Shown here in pieces: positions 53,417-63,661 of a stretch of 64,000 bases of DNA. The notes below the pieces were generated by a model. That model saw only the letters and a program-made list of their open reading frames with translations. It did no database searches and was not told the origin of the DNA. The translations under genes and the position numbers were made by a program. Numbering within the stretch: the stretch's first letter is position 1; each line of letters opens with the position of its first letter. The stretch is from an uncultured Gammaproteobacteria bacterium (GTDB taxonomy: Bacteria; Pseudomonadota; Gammaproteobacteria; UBA9214). The stretch covers positions 128,001-192,000 of the forward strand of contig CAVVHS010000008.1 in assembly GCA_963748215.1 (NCBI GenBank), read 5' to 3'.

Positions 53417-55051
53417 TTATCCATACACCCTGCGGCCCAGATGCTGTGCAAGGCGGCACATCACAGGTGAGGCGTCGTCGGCCTGCAAATGCACGTTGAT
53501 CACGCTCGGCCGGCCGGTCGTGGCCAGGGACCTGTGCAGGGCGTCCCCGAACTCATCCTCGGTTTTCGCACAGTAGCCGCTGGTGGGCCCGATCAGTTCG
53601 CCGATACGCTCATACTGCCACTCGGCGATATTGTTGAACGGGCCATCCAGGATGAAACGCTCCGTGCTGTAGCCATGATTGTTGAATACGATCACCACCG
53701 GGTCCAGGCCGAGGCGCGCGAACGTCGACAGTTCGGTGCCGGTCATCTGAAAGGCCCCGTCGCCCACCAGGATGAGCGGCCGCAACCCGGGCAGGGCGAT
53801 CTGCGCGCCCAGCGCCGCAGGGACAGCGAATCCCATTGAGGTATAAAAGGCCGATGCCAGGAAATGCGTGCGCTCGTGAACGCGCAGATCCAGCGCGGCA
53901 AACAGGCAATCCCCCACATCGCAGACCACGCTCATGTCCGGCGTCAACGCCGCGTTGAGGCTTGCGATCAGGCGCGCGATGGTCATGGGCTTGCCGGGCA
54001 CGGCCGCAGGCAGCTTCGGCTCGGGCACATGCTGTGGCCAGGCGCAGGCATGCGGGGTGACGACATCACATAGAGCGGCAAGAAAATCACGCAGATGGAC
54101 ATCGGTATAGCGATGATGGCCGATGGTCACCTGGTCCTGGCTGGCATGGATCAGTCGCGCCGGATCCAGTTGCGCGGTGAATATGCCGGTGTCGACGTCG
54201 TTGACCGTCGCACCCAGCATCAGGAGCAGGTCGGCACCCTCGACACGCGCGCGGACAGCTTCCGGTCCCATGGCGCCCTCGTAGACACCCAGATAGGCCG
54301 CGTGGCGTTCGCCGACTACGGATTTTCCGGTCAGGGTGGCAGCCACCGGGATACAGGCGTTCAGTACCAGCCGGGTCAGACTGTCCTGCAGTCCGCGGCG
54401 ATGGATCTCGACACCGGCCAGTATCATCGGCGTGCCTGCACGGTCGAGCCGCTGAAATGTCTCGTCAACGGCCTCGGCCAGTGCGCCGGGATCGCTGTTA
54501 TCAACTCCGGTCTCTGCGGCCGGGATCGGAAAACCTTCCACGTTAATCTGATCCCGGGGCAGTTCCAGGTATATCGGCTTGCTGTACCGGCGTGCTGCCT
54601 GCAGGCAGCGGTCGATATCACGGCAGGCGGTCAGCGGGTCATCGAGACTGGCGCTTGCACAGGTGATGCGCTCGAAGATCTCGCGCTGGAAGCGGAACGG
54701 GCCAAAGCGGTGATGTATCAGCGGGTCCTTCCGCTGCTCGTCGATTCCCGGCGCACCACTGATGACCACCACGGGCGAGGACTCCGCGTGCGCCCCGGCT
54801 ATCGCGTTGACCACGTTCAGGGCGCCGACGCCATAGGTCACTGCCAGCGCACCAATGCCGCGGCAGCGGGCGTAACCATCGGCCGCAAAGGCGGCGGTAT
54901 CCTCGCGGGTGGTGCCGATATGCCGGATCGGGCTGTGCAACAGTTTCCGGTAGAACCCCAGCACATAATCACCGGGCACGCCGAAGACATGGTCAACACC
55001 GGATGCCTGCAATTGACCCAACAGGTAATCAGCTATTGCGGGTGCTTTCAT
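53417..55051 (-). CDS. ThDP-dependent alpha-keto acid (indole/phenylpyruvate) decarboxylase
   Basis: FGVPGDY, AADGYAR, TYGVG.L, IHH, GDGAFQMTG...NN.GY..ER. Confidence 0.9.
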   Translation of the reverse strand: MKAPAIADYLLGQLQASGVDHVFGVPGDYVLGFYRKLLHSPIRHIGTTREDTAAFAADGYARCRGIGALAVTYGVGALNVVNAIAGAHAESSPVVVISGAPGIDEQRKDPLIHHRFGPFRFQREIFERITCASASLDDPLTACRDIDRCLQAARRYSKPIYLELPRDQINVEGFPIPAAETGVDNSDPGALAEAVDETFQRLDRAGTPMILAGVEIHRRGLQDSLTRLVLNACIPVAATLTGKSVVGERHAAYLGVYEGAMGPEAVRARVEGADLLLMLGATVNDVDTGIFTAQLDPARLIHASQDQVTIGHHRYTDVHLRDFLAALCDVVTPHACAWPQHVPEPKLPAAVPGKPMTIARLIASLNAALTPDMSVVCDVGDCLFAALDLRVHERTHFLASAFYTSMGFAVPAALGAQIALPGLRPLILVGDGAFQMTGTELSTFARLGLDPVVIVFNNHGYSTERFILDGPFNNIAEWQYERIGELIGPTSGYCAKTEDEFGDALHRSLATTGRPSVINVHLQADDASPVMCRLAQHLGRRVYG

Positions 55052-55125
55052 GAAATCCTCTTCTTGCAGCCGGTGTGTTTGACCTGCTCACAGGGACAAG
55101 GTTTTCGCAGCGCCATTTTTCACAT

Positions 55126-55689
55126 TCAGTCCAGCAGGCGACGACTCGCTCCTGACAAAGGATAGCGCTCCCTTTCGATTCGGTAATACGCCCGCAACAA
55201 ATCCTCCTCCAGCCCCGTCTGACGCCGGATTTCGTGCAGCGGCAAGTCGAGGTACGGACCGAAGTCGACCCGGTTCAGCGCCTGGCAACCGGAGATGCCA
55301 CCCAACCGCACGGCATCTCTGAAGATACACACCGCCGTATCGTCAAATGTATAAGGCGCCGGGTACACACGCCGCGCCAGCGTGCCGAACAGCCATTCCT
55401 CGAAGCAATGCACGCGCTTGGTGCTGCCCATGGTAAAGCCGATGGTAAAGGCCTCGTCCGCCGTGAGCAGGCCGCGTCCGAGCAGGATGTGGATGCGGTC
55501 ATGCGCCGCGAGGTCCACCGCGCCGTGAAACAGCGTCATACCGGGTAATCGGTACTTGGGGTTCTCCAGCAGACGCACGATCAGCGGAATCGCCCGCTGG
55601 CGGGTGCCAACGGCGGCCAGGCTGTCCAGACTGTGGCGCAGGGTCAAGTCACTGCGCGACAGGGGTATATGCCACTCCGACCAGTTCAT
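55126..55689 (-). CDS. Coq4-like protein
   Basis: HDRIHILLG.....DEA matches the HDxxH-x11-E metal motif; ATGA overlap with putA stop. Confidence 0.55.
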   Translation of the reverse strand: MNWSEWHIPLSRSDLTLRHSLDSLAAVGTRQRAIPLIVRLLENPKYRLPGMTLFHGAVDLAAHDRIHILLGRGLLTADEAFTIGFTMGSTKRVHCFEEWLFGTLARRVYPAPYTFDDTAVCIFRDAVRLGGISGCQALNRVDFGPYLDLPLHEIRRQTGLEEDLLRAYYRIERERYPLSGASRRLLD

Positions 55690-58607
55690 ACATCCTTCAC
55701 CTCAGGTGCAAAACCGCGCCGCGCGGTGTTTTCCGTGATACAGACCGTATCCGTGAACTGCCTGAGATAATCCGTCCCGCCGGCCTTGCTGCCCGTACCG
55801 CTCAGCCGGAAACCGCCGAACGGCTGGCGTGACACCAGTGCACCGGTGATCTTGCGGTTCAGGTACAGGTTGCCGGCCCGGAACGCCGTGCGGGCCAGCT
55901 CCAGGTGCACGGGACGCCGTGTATAGACACCACCCGTCAGGGCGTAGCGGGTACTGTTGGCCAGCTCAAGGGCCTGTTCGAAGGTGTCCGCCCGCAGCAC
56001 GGCCAGTACCGGCCCGAAGATCTCTTCCTGCGCGAGCGGATCATCCCCCGCGACATCCGTGAAGATGGCCGGTGAGAGGTAATAGCCTTCCTCTGGCAGG
56101 TCATCGCGCACCGGCGTGACCAACCGTGCCCGCAACCTGCCCGCGTCGATCACCTGTGCGATGCGCCGCTGGGCGACGGCATCGATGATCGGCCCCAGCA
56201 GCCGGCCGGGGTCCCGGGGATCACCGATGGTCAGGCTGGCCGTCGCCGCCTGCAAGCGTTCCATGAAATTCCCGTATATACCGCCCACCACGATCACCCG
56301 CGAGGCCGCGCTGCATTTCTGTCCCTGGTAACCGAAGGCGGACTGCAGCACACCCGGGATCGCGGCATCCAGATCGGCGTCGTCGTCGATGATGATGGCG
56401 TTCTTGCCGCCCAGTTCGGCTATCACCCGCTTGATGTGGTTCTGCCCCGGCGCAAACTGCGCACCGGTCTGGATCAGCTGCGTACCGACCTCGCGCGAAC
56501 CGGTAAAGGCAATGATGGCCACCTCGGGATGCGCAGCCAGGTACGCACCGGTTTCGCGGCCTGGACCGGGCAGGAAATTGACCACGCCCGGCGGAACACC
56601 GGCCTGCATGACCAGGTCCATGAAGCGCGCCGCGATCACCGGTGTCAGCGAGGACGGTTTCAGGATGGCGGTGTTGCCCGTGACGATGGTCGCCGCAAGC
56701 ATGCCGGTGAGTATGGCCAGCGGAAAATTCCACGGCGCAATCACCAGGCCGACACCCCGCGGCCGGTGTAGCAGGATGTTATGTTCGCCGCCCAGTTCGA
56801 CCACCTCGCCTGCAGTCAGCCGTACTGCCTGGTGCGCGTAATAGTTCAGAAAGTCGATTGCCTCGCAGACATCGGCATCCGCCTCGCACCAGTGCTTGCC
56901 GGCCTCCAGCACCTGCCAGGCGGCGTGGTAGTCGCGCCGCTCTACCAGCAACGCGGCAATCCGGCGCAGGTACCCGGCGCGTTCGTCTGCCGTCAATGCG
57001 CTCCACGCCGGCAAGGCCGCGCGTGCTGCCGCCAGTGCCTGGTCTGCCTGCGGCCGGCCAGCGCTGGCCACGGTACCGATGACCTGGTCGGGGTGGGCCG
57101 GGTTGACCGAGGTGATGTGTCCGGTGCCGGCGACCGGCTCGTGGTCGATGCGCAGCGTATAGTCCTGACCCAGTTCGGCGTGGACCGCCGCGAGGGCATC
57201 ACGCACGGCCGTGCGTTCCGGCGCGGCGACGAAACGGTGCACCGGCTGGTTGCGGAAGGTACGTGTATCGTCCGCAGCTGCCGGCAGCGCATGGACTTCC
57301 GGTCGTGCCAGACTGTGTACGTCACGCCTGATCCGGCCCATACCGGTATCGAGGATGGTCTGGCCACTGGTGTTCTCCAGCAGGCGGCGCACCAGGTAGG
57401 CCATGCCCGGCAGGGTTTCCCCGTACGGGACATACACCCGCAACGGGTAACCCAGCGCGACCAGTGCCTGTTTCAGGTCGTCCGCCATGCCGTACAACAT
57501 CTGGAACTCGTAAGCCCCGTCATCCAGACCATACCGTTCCGCCAGCGCCATGCCACAGGCCAGGCTGCGGACGTTGTGTGTTGCCACTGCCGGGAATACC
57601 GAATCACGATGCGCGAACAGGCGTTCGAGGCAGGCCTCGAAACAGGCATCGGTCCGAGCCTTGCGGTCCCATACCGGCAGCGTCCAGCCGTGCTGATGCG
57701 CAAGGATGGACTCCGCGTCCCAGTAGGCACCGCGCACCAGACGCACCTTGATCGGGGCACCGCGCAGCTTTGTCCAGTCCAGCAGTGCCTGCAGGCACTC
57801 CGGCGCATCGTGCAGGTAGGCCTGGACTACGATACCCGCATGCGGCCAGTCACGGAATTCCGGCTCCATGAGCAGTTCCCTGAAACACTGCAGGACGATG
57901 TGCTTGACATCGTAGTGTTCCATGTCGAACGTCAACCCGGCCTGTGCCGTGCGCGCCGCTGCGAGTATCGGACGCAGGCGGGCGCAGATGGCGTCGACAC
58001 TGCCACGCGGATCTGCCGGGTGGATACGGGAACTGAGTGAGGTGAGCTTAAGCGAGACCTCGGGCAGAACCGTACCGGCGCGGTCGCGTGGCAGGCCCGC
58101 CAGCAGATCGAGGTAGGCCTGTTGATACGCATCGGCCTCGCGCTCGCTGACCACAGCCTCGCCCAGCAGGTCGAGGCTGTAGTGCATGCCCCGGCTGCGC
58201 AGCCGCGCGAGGGTGCGCAGTGCACGCGGCAGGGTATTCCCGCCCATGAAGCGCCGTGACAGGCCACGCAGCGTGGCACGCACCAGCGGTGCGGCGATCG
58301 GAGCAGCCCAGGGCGCATCACTATGGCGCAGGCTCCAGTGGCTGACCGCCGGCCACGGCAGTTCCACGTCGGCAAAATATTCCTGCATGTGTGCGACCAG
58401 TACCGCGTCGTCCTGCAGCACCGGCAGTACGTCGATGAAGCGCAGCGTCTGCAAGCGAAACCCGGGGTCCTGGATCGCGCGCTCGACGAGTCCGTCGAGC
58501 CAGCCGCCACCTGCCGTTTTCGCTGCGAGGTCGGCCGAGTCGAGCAACCGGCTGCCCAGCGCGTGGATGCGTTCCTCGAGATCGGCCATCGCAACAGACA
58601 CCGGCAT
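55686..58607 (-). CDS. putA: Bifunctional proline dehydrogenase / P5C dehydrogenase
   Basis: DLLGE, DME, RLVRGAYWD, ATHN, YLVRRLLEN; PWNFP, AELGGKN, GQKCSA, EEIFGP; no DNA-binding RHH domain. Confidence 0.93.
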   Translation of the reverse strand: MPVSVAMADLEERIHALGSRLLDSADLAAKTAGGGWLDGLVERAIQDPGFRLQTLRFIDVLPVLQDDAVLVAHMQEYFADVELPWPAVSHWSLRHSDAPWAAPIAAPLVRATLRGLSRRFMGGNTLPRALRTLARLRSRGMHYSLDLLGEAVVSEREADAYQQAYLDLLAGLPRDRAGTVLPEVSLKLTSLSSRIHPADPRGSVDAICARLRPILAAARTAQAGLTFDMEHYDVKHIVLQCFRELLMEPEFRDWPHAGIVVQAYLHDAPECLQALLDWTKLRGAPIKVRLVRGAYWDAESILAHQHGWTLPVWDRKARTDACFEACLERLFAHRDSVFPAVATHNVRSLACGMALAERYGLDDGAYEFQMLYGMADDLKQALVALGYPLRVYVPYGETLPGMAYLVRRLLENTSGQTILDTGMGRIRRDVHSLARPEVHALPAAADDTRTFRNQPVHRFVAAPERTAVRDALAAVHAELGQDYTLRIDHEPVAGTGHITSVNPAHPDQVIGTVASAGRPQADQALAAARAALPAWSALTADERAGYLRRIAALLVERRDYHAAWQVLEAGKHWCEADADVCEAIDFLNYYAHQAVRLTAGEVVELGGEHNILLHRPRGVGLVIAPWNFPLAILTGMLAATIVTGNTAILKPSSLTPVIAARFMDLVMQAGVPPGVVNFLPGPGRETGAYLAAHPEVAIIAFTGSREVGTQLIQTGAQFAPGQNHIKRVIAELGGKNAIIIDDDADLDAAIPGVLQSAFGYQGQKCSAASRVIVVGGIYGNFMERLQAATASLTIGDPRDPGRLLGPIIDAVAQRRIAQVIDAGRLRARLVTPVRDDLPEEGYYLSPAIFTDVAGDDPLAQEEIFGPVLAVLRADTFEQALELANSTRYALTGGVYTRRPVHLELARTAFRAGNLYLNRKITGALVSRQPFGGFRLSGTGSKAGGTDYLRQFTDTVCITENTARRGFAPEVKDV

Positions 58608-58623
58608 TCCCGGGCCGGACCGT

Positions 58624-58827
58624 TCAGGCAACACGTGTAAACGTGTACTCGCTGCCCTGGCGCCGGGCCTTGATACCCGTACGTTCAAACAGGATTTCCT
58701 GCCCGTCATCGATATTGCGCGGGTCGCCGCAGACGGCAATAAAGCCTTCCCGGGTGACGCCGCAGTGTATGAGGCCGAGCTTGTCGTGTTTTGCGGGTGC
58801 CAGCGTCAGTGTGTCGGTATCAGACAT
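58624..58827 (-). CDS. Small hypothetical protein
   Basis: Strong RBS ggaggt, protein-like 67 aa, 17 nt upstream of putA. Confidence 0.65.
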   Translation of the reverse strand: MSDTDTLTLAPAKHDKLGLIHCGVTREGFIAVCGDPRNIDDGQEILFERTGIKARRQGSEYTFTRVA

Positions 58828-58909
58828 CGTTATTACCTCCTTCCCAGTGCATTGACCATCGCGCCCGGAAGCTGGACGGCTACCTGTAGTCTAGTTCAGG
58901 AACGCCGGG

Positions 58910-59404
58910 CTAGCGGTAGGCGGCATCCGCGCGCCGGACTGCCGCGATCTGCTGCTCATGGCGCTCGCCGATGGCCAGCAACTGCTCCTTGTGGATTTCC
59001 TCCTCGCCACGGTTCTCGAAGTGGAACTCGAAAATGCGCGTCAGCACGATGGCATCGGTAGGACAGGCCTTCTCGCAGAACCCGCAGTAGACGCACTTGA
59101 ACAGGTCGATGTCATAGCGCGTCGTGCGCCGGCTCCCGTCCGGCGCGAGCTCGGAATCGATCGTGATGCACACGGCCGGACATACCGCTTCACACAGCTT
59201 GCAGGCGATGCAGCGTTCCTCCCCGTTCGGGTAGCGACGCAAGGCATGCAGCCCGCGGAACCGCACCGATTGGGGCGTCTTCTCATCCGGATACTGCACA
59301 GTGATCTTGCGTGCAAAAAGGCGTCGACCCGTCAGCCACATGCCGCGCAGCAGCTCGAGCAGGAGCAGGCTTTTCAGGTATTGCGCCAGGGTGTTCATAG
59401 GCAT
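58910..59404 (-). CDS. nuoI: Stand-alone NADH:quinone oxidoreductase subunit I (2x[4Fe-4S])
   Basis: T.QYP.EK...[46 protein letters not shown]. Confidence 0.93.
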   Translation of the reverse strand: MPMNTLAQYLKSLLLLELLRGMWLTGRRLFARKITVQYPDEKTPQSVRFRGLHALRRYPNGEERCIACKLCEAVCPAVCITIDSELAPDGSRRTTRYDIDLFKCVYCGFCEKACPTDAIVLTRIFEFHFENRGEEEIHKEQLLAIGERHEQQIAAVRRADAAYR

Positions 59405-59591
59405 GATGCGGCTGCTGTGATGTCCCTTTCGGCATTGGGGATTTCCGGTCAGCAGTTCCCGGCATACATACTCAGCTTAGTCGAGAACCTGCCGTGTGTT
59501 GCACGCTATGTATTGCCGCATTGACAAACCGGAGGGTTGCGCTTGAATTAAGGAAGCGCTGCATGGCTATAAACAGGCCGGGACTCGAACG

Positions 59592-59984
59592 ATGCACTGT
59601 TTGCAGGATGTTGAAAGATTACTGGTGCACCTGCTGGTACTGACCGGCTGCCTGCTGGCGGTCGTCACGGCATTCGAGCCCCAGGCGACCGGCGCCTGGC
59701 ACCTGGTCGCCGCCTGGATGATGTGCGGCCTGATTCCGTACATTGTCTACGGAAGCATAACGACGATTCTCGATGGCTGCACGCTGCTGACGGCCGGGCT
59801 AGTGCTGCTGACGGCTGACCTGGTCGCACGCTACGGTCTTGGACTCACCGCCGCCGCACAACCGGACCTGCAGGCACCGGTCTGGCTGAGCACGGTGCTG
59901 GTGCTCGCAGTCCTGCCGGCGGGCACACTGGTCGGAACATGGCTTTCCCGGCTACCGGCCTGCCGGCGCAGCGCAAACCTGTGA
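59592..59984 (+). CDS. Hypothetical membrane protein (about 4 TM)
   Basis: Hydrophobic segments, IPY.VYG motif. Confidence 0.65.
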   Translation: MHCLQDVERLLVHLLVLTGCLLAVVTAFEPQATGAWHLVAAWMMCGLIPYIVYGSITTILDGCTLLTAGLVLLTADLVARYGLGLTAAAQPDLQAPVWLSTVLVLAVLPAGTLVGTWLSRLPACRRSANL

Positions 59985-60225
59985 GTGGCGAATTCGCGAC
60001 TATTACCCGGAAACGCTAGCCATACAGTCCGGTCCCCGAAAGTAACCGTCGCTGCACTTCCCTGCCATGAAGGACCTGCTATTCTTATAGACAGCCGGTT
60101 TCACTCGTAACCGGACTAACTGTTTATTACAGCAGACAAGCATTGCACAGGTAAGACAGCAGGTCATGCGCCTCACTCAGTGTCGCGACCGGCATGCAAT
60201 GCATCCGTCAGAGAAGTGCGGGAGA

Positions 60226-60690
60226 ATGATGATGACTGAACAACTCGACAAAACTGCAGTAGTCACCAACCTCAACAAGATTCTCGAACTGGAGCTTGCC
60301 GGTGTTGTGCGCTACACCCACTATGCCCTGATGATCTTCGGATTCAACCGCATCCCCATTGTTTCCTGGATGCAGGCGCAGGCCAATGAATCTCTGGCCC
60401 ATGCCCGGGAGGCCGGTGAGCTGATCACGCTGCTCGGCGAACATCCCTCGCTGGCTATCGGTCCACTGCTGGAAAGCCACAAGCACGACATCGGTGATAT
60501 CCTGCGCGAATCCCTGGAACACGAGCGGGCGTCGCTGGTGGCCTACCGGGAATTGCTCCTGCTGGTGGAGGGCCGCTCGGTACAATTGGAGGAGTATGCC
60601 CGCCGCATGATCTCCCTGGAAGAAATGCACCAGGGCGACGTGGATAAAATGTTGCGCAAACCGGGTGAAGTTGGCGTCTCCACTGATTGA
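60226..60690 (+). CDS. Ferritin/bacterioferritin-like protein
   Basis: LN.ILELELAGVVRY, E.L.HA, E...HE, EE.H; start is one of three tandem Met codons. Confidence 0.88.
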   Translation: MMMTEQLDKTAVVTNLNKILELELAGVVRYTHYALMIFGFNRIPIVSWMQAQANESLAHAREAGELITLLGEHPSLAIGPLLESHKHDIGDILRESLEHERASLVAYRELLLLVEGRSVQLEEYARRMISLEEMHQGDVDKMLRKPGEVGVSTD

Positions 60691-60742
60691 AGCCGACGAC
60701 AGTATTGGACGTTTACCGTATTGATTTGAATTGGGGGGATTT

Positions 60743-61108
60743 ATGGCTGATATCAATGCTTACATTACCAGACCGAGCCTTGACGCTCCCGAACGCATGG
60801 ATCGGCACAATGAGCTTGCACACTGGAACCGTGATAGCGCCATGGAATTGGCTGCACACGAGGGGATCATATTGGGCGACGGGCACTGGAAGGTGATCTT
60901 CTTTCTACGCCGCTACTACCTCGACCACGGATGGCCCGCCTATCCCCGCATCCTGATCCGCGATCTGGACAAAGCGTTCGCCGACGACGGCGGCACACGG
61001 TATCTCTACCGGCTGTTCCCGCGGGGCCCCCTGGCTCAGGGTACGTATATCGCCGGCTTATCCGTGCCGGCCAATGTGACGAACAAGTCATTCGGGTACA
61101 TGCAGTAG
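60743..61108 (+). CDS. TusE/DsrC-like protein lacking Cys
   Basis: A..EGI.L...HW.VI.FLR.YY, GG.RYLY.LFP.GP..QG..IAGL..P.....KSFG. Confidence 0.85.
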   Translation: MADINAYITRPSLDAPERMDRHNELAHWNRDSAMELAAHEGIILGDGHWKVIFFLRRYYLDHGWPAYPRILIRDLDKAFADDGGTRYLYRLFPRGPLAQGTYIAGLSVPANVTNKSFGYMQ

Positions 61109-62285
61109 CGGCACATGGCACGCCCGTGCAGCGCCACTTGATTTGCCCTGCCGAAGGCTTTCCTACCGATGCCGGCGATATCCATGGCATTGCTATCTGC
61201 CGCATGTTCATCATGGCCAACACATCCAGAGGCGCACCGAAAGACCCCGGCACTGACAATGATCCGCGCTTCAAGTAACACAGTGGCAAGCAAACCCGCG
61301 AATACAGGATACAGACGAAATCAAGGCAATCCTTTATACACCACTATCGCATCCCTTCGTCGAACGGCAGATCCGGACCATTCGTCGGGAATTCCCTGAC
61401 CGGACGCGCTTCTGATATACCAGCGGACTGGAACGAAAGCTGGCTGAATTTCACCAGTATTACAATTCGCACCCTGTACATGCTGCGCTCAAGGAAATCA
61501 CTCCCTCATCGACGCCCGGGTAAAGCATAAGTCGCCACACTGAGATCAGCCAATTCCAGGGGAAATCGCGTTTTCGTGGCCTTTATCAACTGTCTGCAGC
61601 TGAGAAACAGTTATCCGCCACACACAGGAACAAGCGCGTCGCGTTCTTCGCAATCGACGTTTACCTGCGCATGAACAGTTACAAGCCAAAGAACGATGCA
61701 AACAAGGTACGCCGGATCCTGATCGGACGGCTGAAACCAAATCGCTGTAATTTCGATGAAATGCTGCCGTGGAATCGTGCCCATGCGGTAAAGACAGGTT
61801 AAGGAAGGACAGTCCAGCATGCTGAGTGGGGTACAGGCTGACTTGATCCGGCAGAGCCGGAAAAACGGCCTGATGTTTCAGCATCAGGGAATAACACAGC
61901 AACAGGTCCACGGTGGCGCATTTTTCACCGGTGATGCGCGATAACTCAATCGTACGACTTCACGGAAGCCAAAAACTGCAACCCGCACAGAATTGCAACA
62001 TGCTACGGGACGCAGCGGAGCTGCCCGATCTGAAAACACAATCCGCTGACCTTTAATGAGATCCAGTCGACAGAATCCTGCAGGACAGGATGCGGCATCG
62101 AATCGTGTGCACCTCATCAATTAATATGATGAGCTATTTCCCGGGGAAGGCCTATAGTAATAGTCTAACCATTGCCACATCCTGTGCCGCCAGCCGGCAG
62201 CTTTACAAAAGATGGAGTTTCCGCAGGGAGCGGCGCATAACGCGCAGCCTTACGAGCGGCAGGCGATGAGTTACAGGAGCCAAAC

Positions 62286-62603
62286 ATGTCCACAGCATCA
62301 CCCGCCCGTAACACACCCGTCATCAAGTTCGAAAACCTGAACTGGATCGCCTCCGACCCACTGCCACGCGATCAGACCCAAAGCCACCGCTTGCACGAAC
62401 CCGAGCATCGCATCAACACTATCGACCCCATGACAGGCAACGATATCGAGAACGTCACGAGCCACCCCTCCCTGGAGGATGGTGAGCTGACTATGTATTT
62501 CGAAACTGATGATACCCGCAGGGCGTATATCGAAATGCCGCTCGATCATCCCAACCAGCATTTGCCTCATCCGGCCACCGATGACGATGACCGTGGCGGC
62601 TGA
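62286..62603 (+). CDS. Small protein with YHS-like motif
   Basis: RBS aggag; DP.TG..I......P....G.LT.YF......Y. Confidence 0.65.
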   Translation: MSTASPARNTPVIKFENLNWIASDPLPRDQTQSHRLHEPEHRINTIDPMTGNDIENVTSHPSLEDGELTMYFETDDTRRAYIEMPLDHPNQHLPHPATDDDDRGG

Positions 62604-62692
62604 AACACACAGGGCATAACCGTTCGCAAGAGCAGTCACCGAAGCACCGTTTTACCGGAAACAGCCAGCCACTACCGGCTGACACAAGAACC

Positions 62693-63661
62693 TTGATCGC
62701 TGACGAATCCCTGGATACAACCTGGCAGGACAGCATCTTCCGTCAACGTGAAGAACTGGCGAGGATGCTGCGCGAACCGCTTGCCCTGCTGGCAAAATGT
62801 TGCGTTCCGGTCTGGAGTGACCGGGACCGGCTCAATGCCGTGCTGCTGCAGGGCTTCTCGGGCATTCCGTATTGTTGCTACCTCTATGTCATCGACAACG
62901 GTGCCGTGCAGCTCAGCGATAACATCATCGATACCGGGCTCATGCCCGGGCACTTTCAACGCAATCGCGCCGAACGTCCCTATATGAAGGAAGCAATGCC
63001 GGCATGGGGTTTCCTGTTGTCGGATGCGTACATCAGCCTGTCCGCGCATCGGCCATCACTGACCGCGCTGCAAGTGGTTGCATCGGATGCCGGTACCCAG
63101 CTGGGCTATCTCGGTGCGGATTTTGACCTGCGCAGACTGCCGGTGACCTCGGCGCTATACCAGGAGCCAGGCAGATGGCGGCAGGTGAAAGGCGACCCGG
63201 CTATTCGCGGCGCCCTGTTTCAACAGACCCGCATCGAGAGTCCCATGGACCGGAATATTGATAATGCACTGTCTATCCTGGAGGAGCTGCTCACGGAGCG
63301 CGGCATCTTCCAGTGCCAGATTCACTTCTCGAGCAGCCAGGTCACGATCTGGACAAGCGATGATCCGCTGCGTTATCGCATCCTCGACCAGGAAGTGCTC
63401 GGGGATCCTGACATCTGCCTGCTGTACCCGTCACGGCCCTATCCCGTCGCCGCCACAATACCGCGCTCCGGGATCACCCGGATACTGGACGGGATGCAGG
63501 CGCTGCGCATGATCGACGCGAACATCTACCTGCGCACGGGCTCCATCAATATTTACAACGGCATGGTAAGCCTGACCTTTTCCTGCGACGGGTCGCATTA
63601 CATGCGCTACGACGAATTTCTTGCCAAGGGCACCGCCTTCTGGTCCGGTATTGCGGCTTGA
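62693..63661 (+). CDS. Soluble protein with PDC/Cache-like N-terminal domain
   Basis: R.R..RPY, LSDAYIS....RP.LTA, GYLGADF; conserved-looking C-terminal KGDPAIR and FSCDGSHYM; start uncertain. Confidence 0.7.
   Translation: MIADESLDTTWQDSIFRQREELARMLREPLALLAKCCVPVWSDRDRLNAVLLQGFSGIPYCCYLYVIDNGAVQLSDNIIDTGLMPGHFQRNRAERPYMKEAMPAWGFLLSDAYISLSAHRPSLTALQVVASDAGTQLGYLGADFDLRRLPVTSALYQEPGRWRQVKGDPAIRGALFQQTRIESPMDRNIDNALSILEELLTERGIFQCQIHFSSSQVTIWTSDDPLRYRILDQEVLGDPDICLLYPSRPYPVAATIPRSGITRILDGMQALRMIDANIYLRTGSINIYNGMVSLTFSCDGSHYMRYDEFLAKGTAFWSGIAA

Noticed and set aside
61110-62280. Short ORFs in the 1.2-kb gap after the second DsrC-like gene
   Set aside because: No RBS, motif or protein-like composition that I can support; possibly decayed DNA
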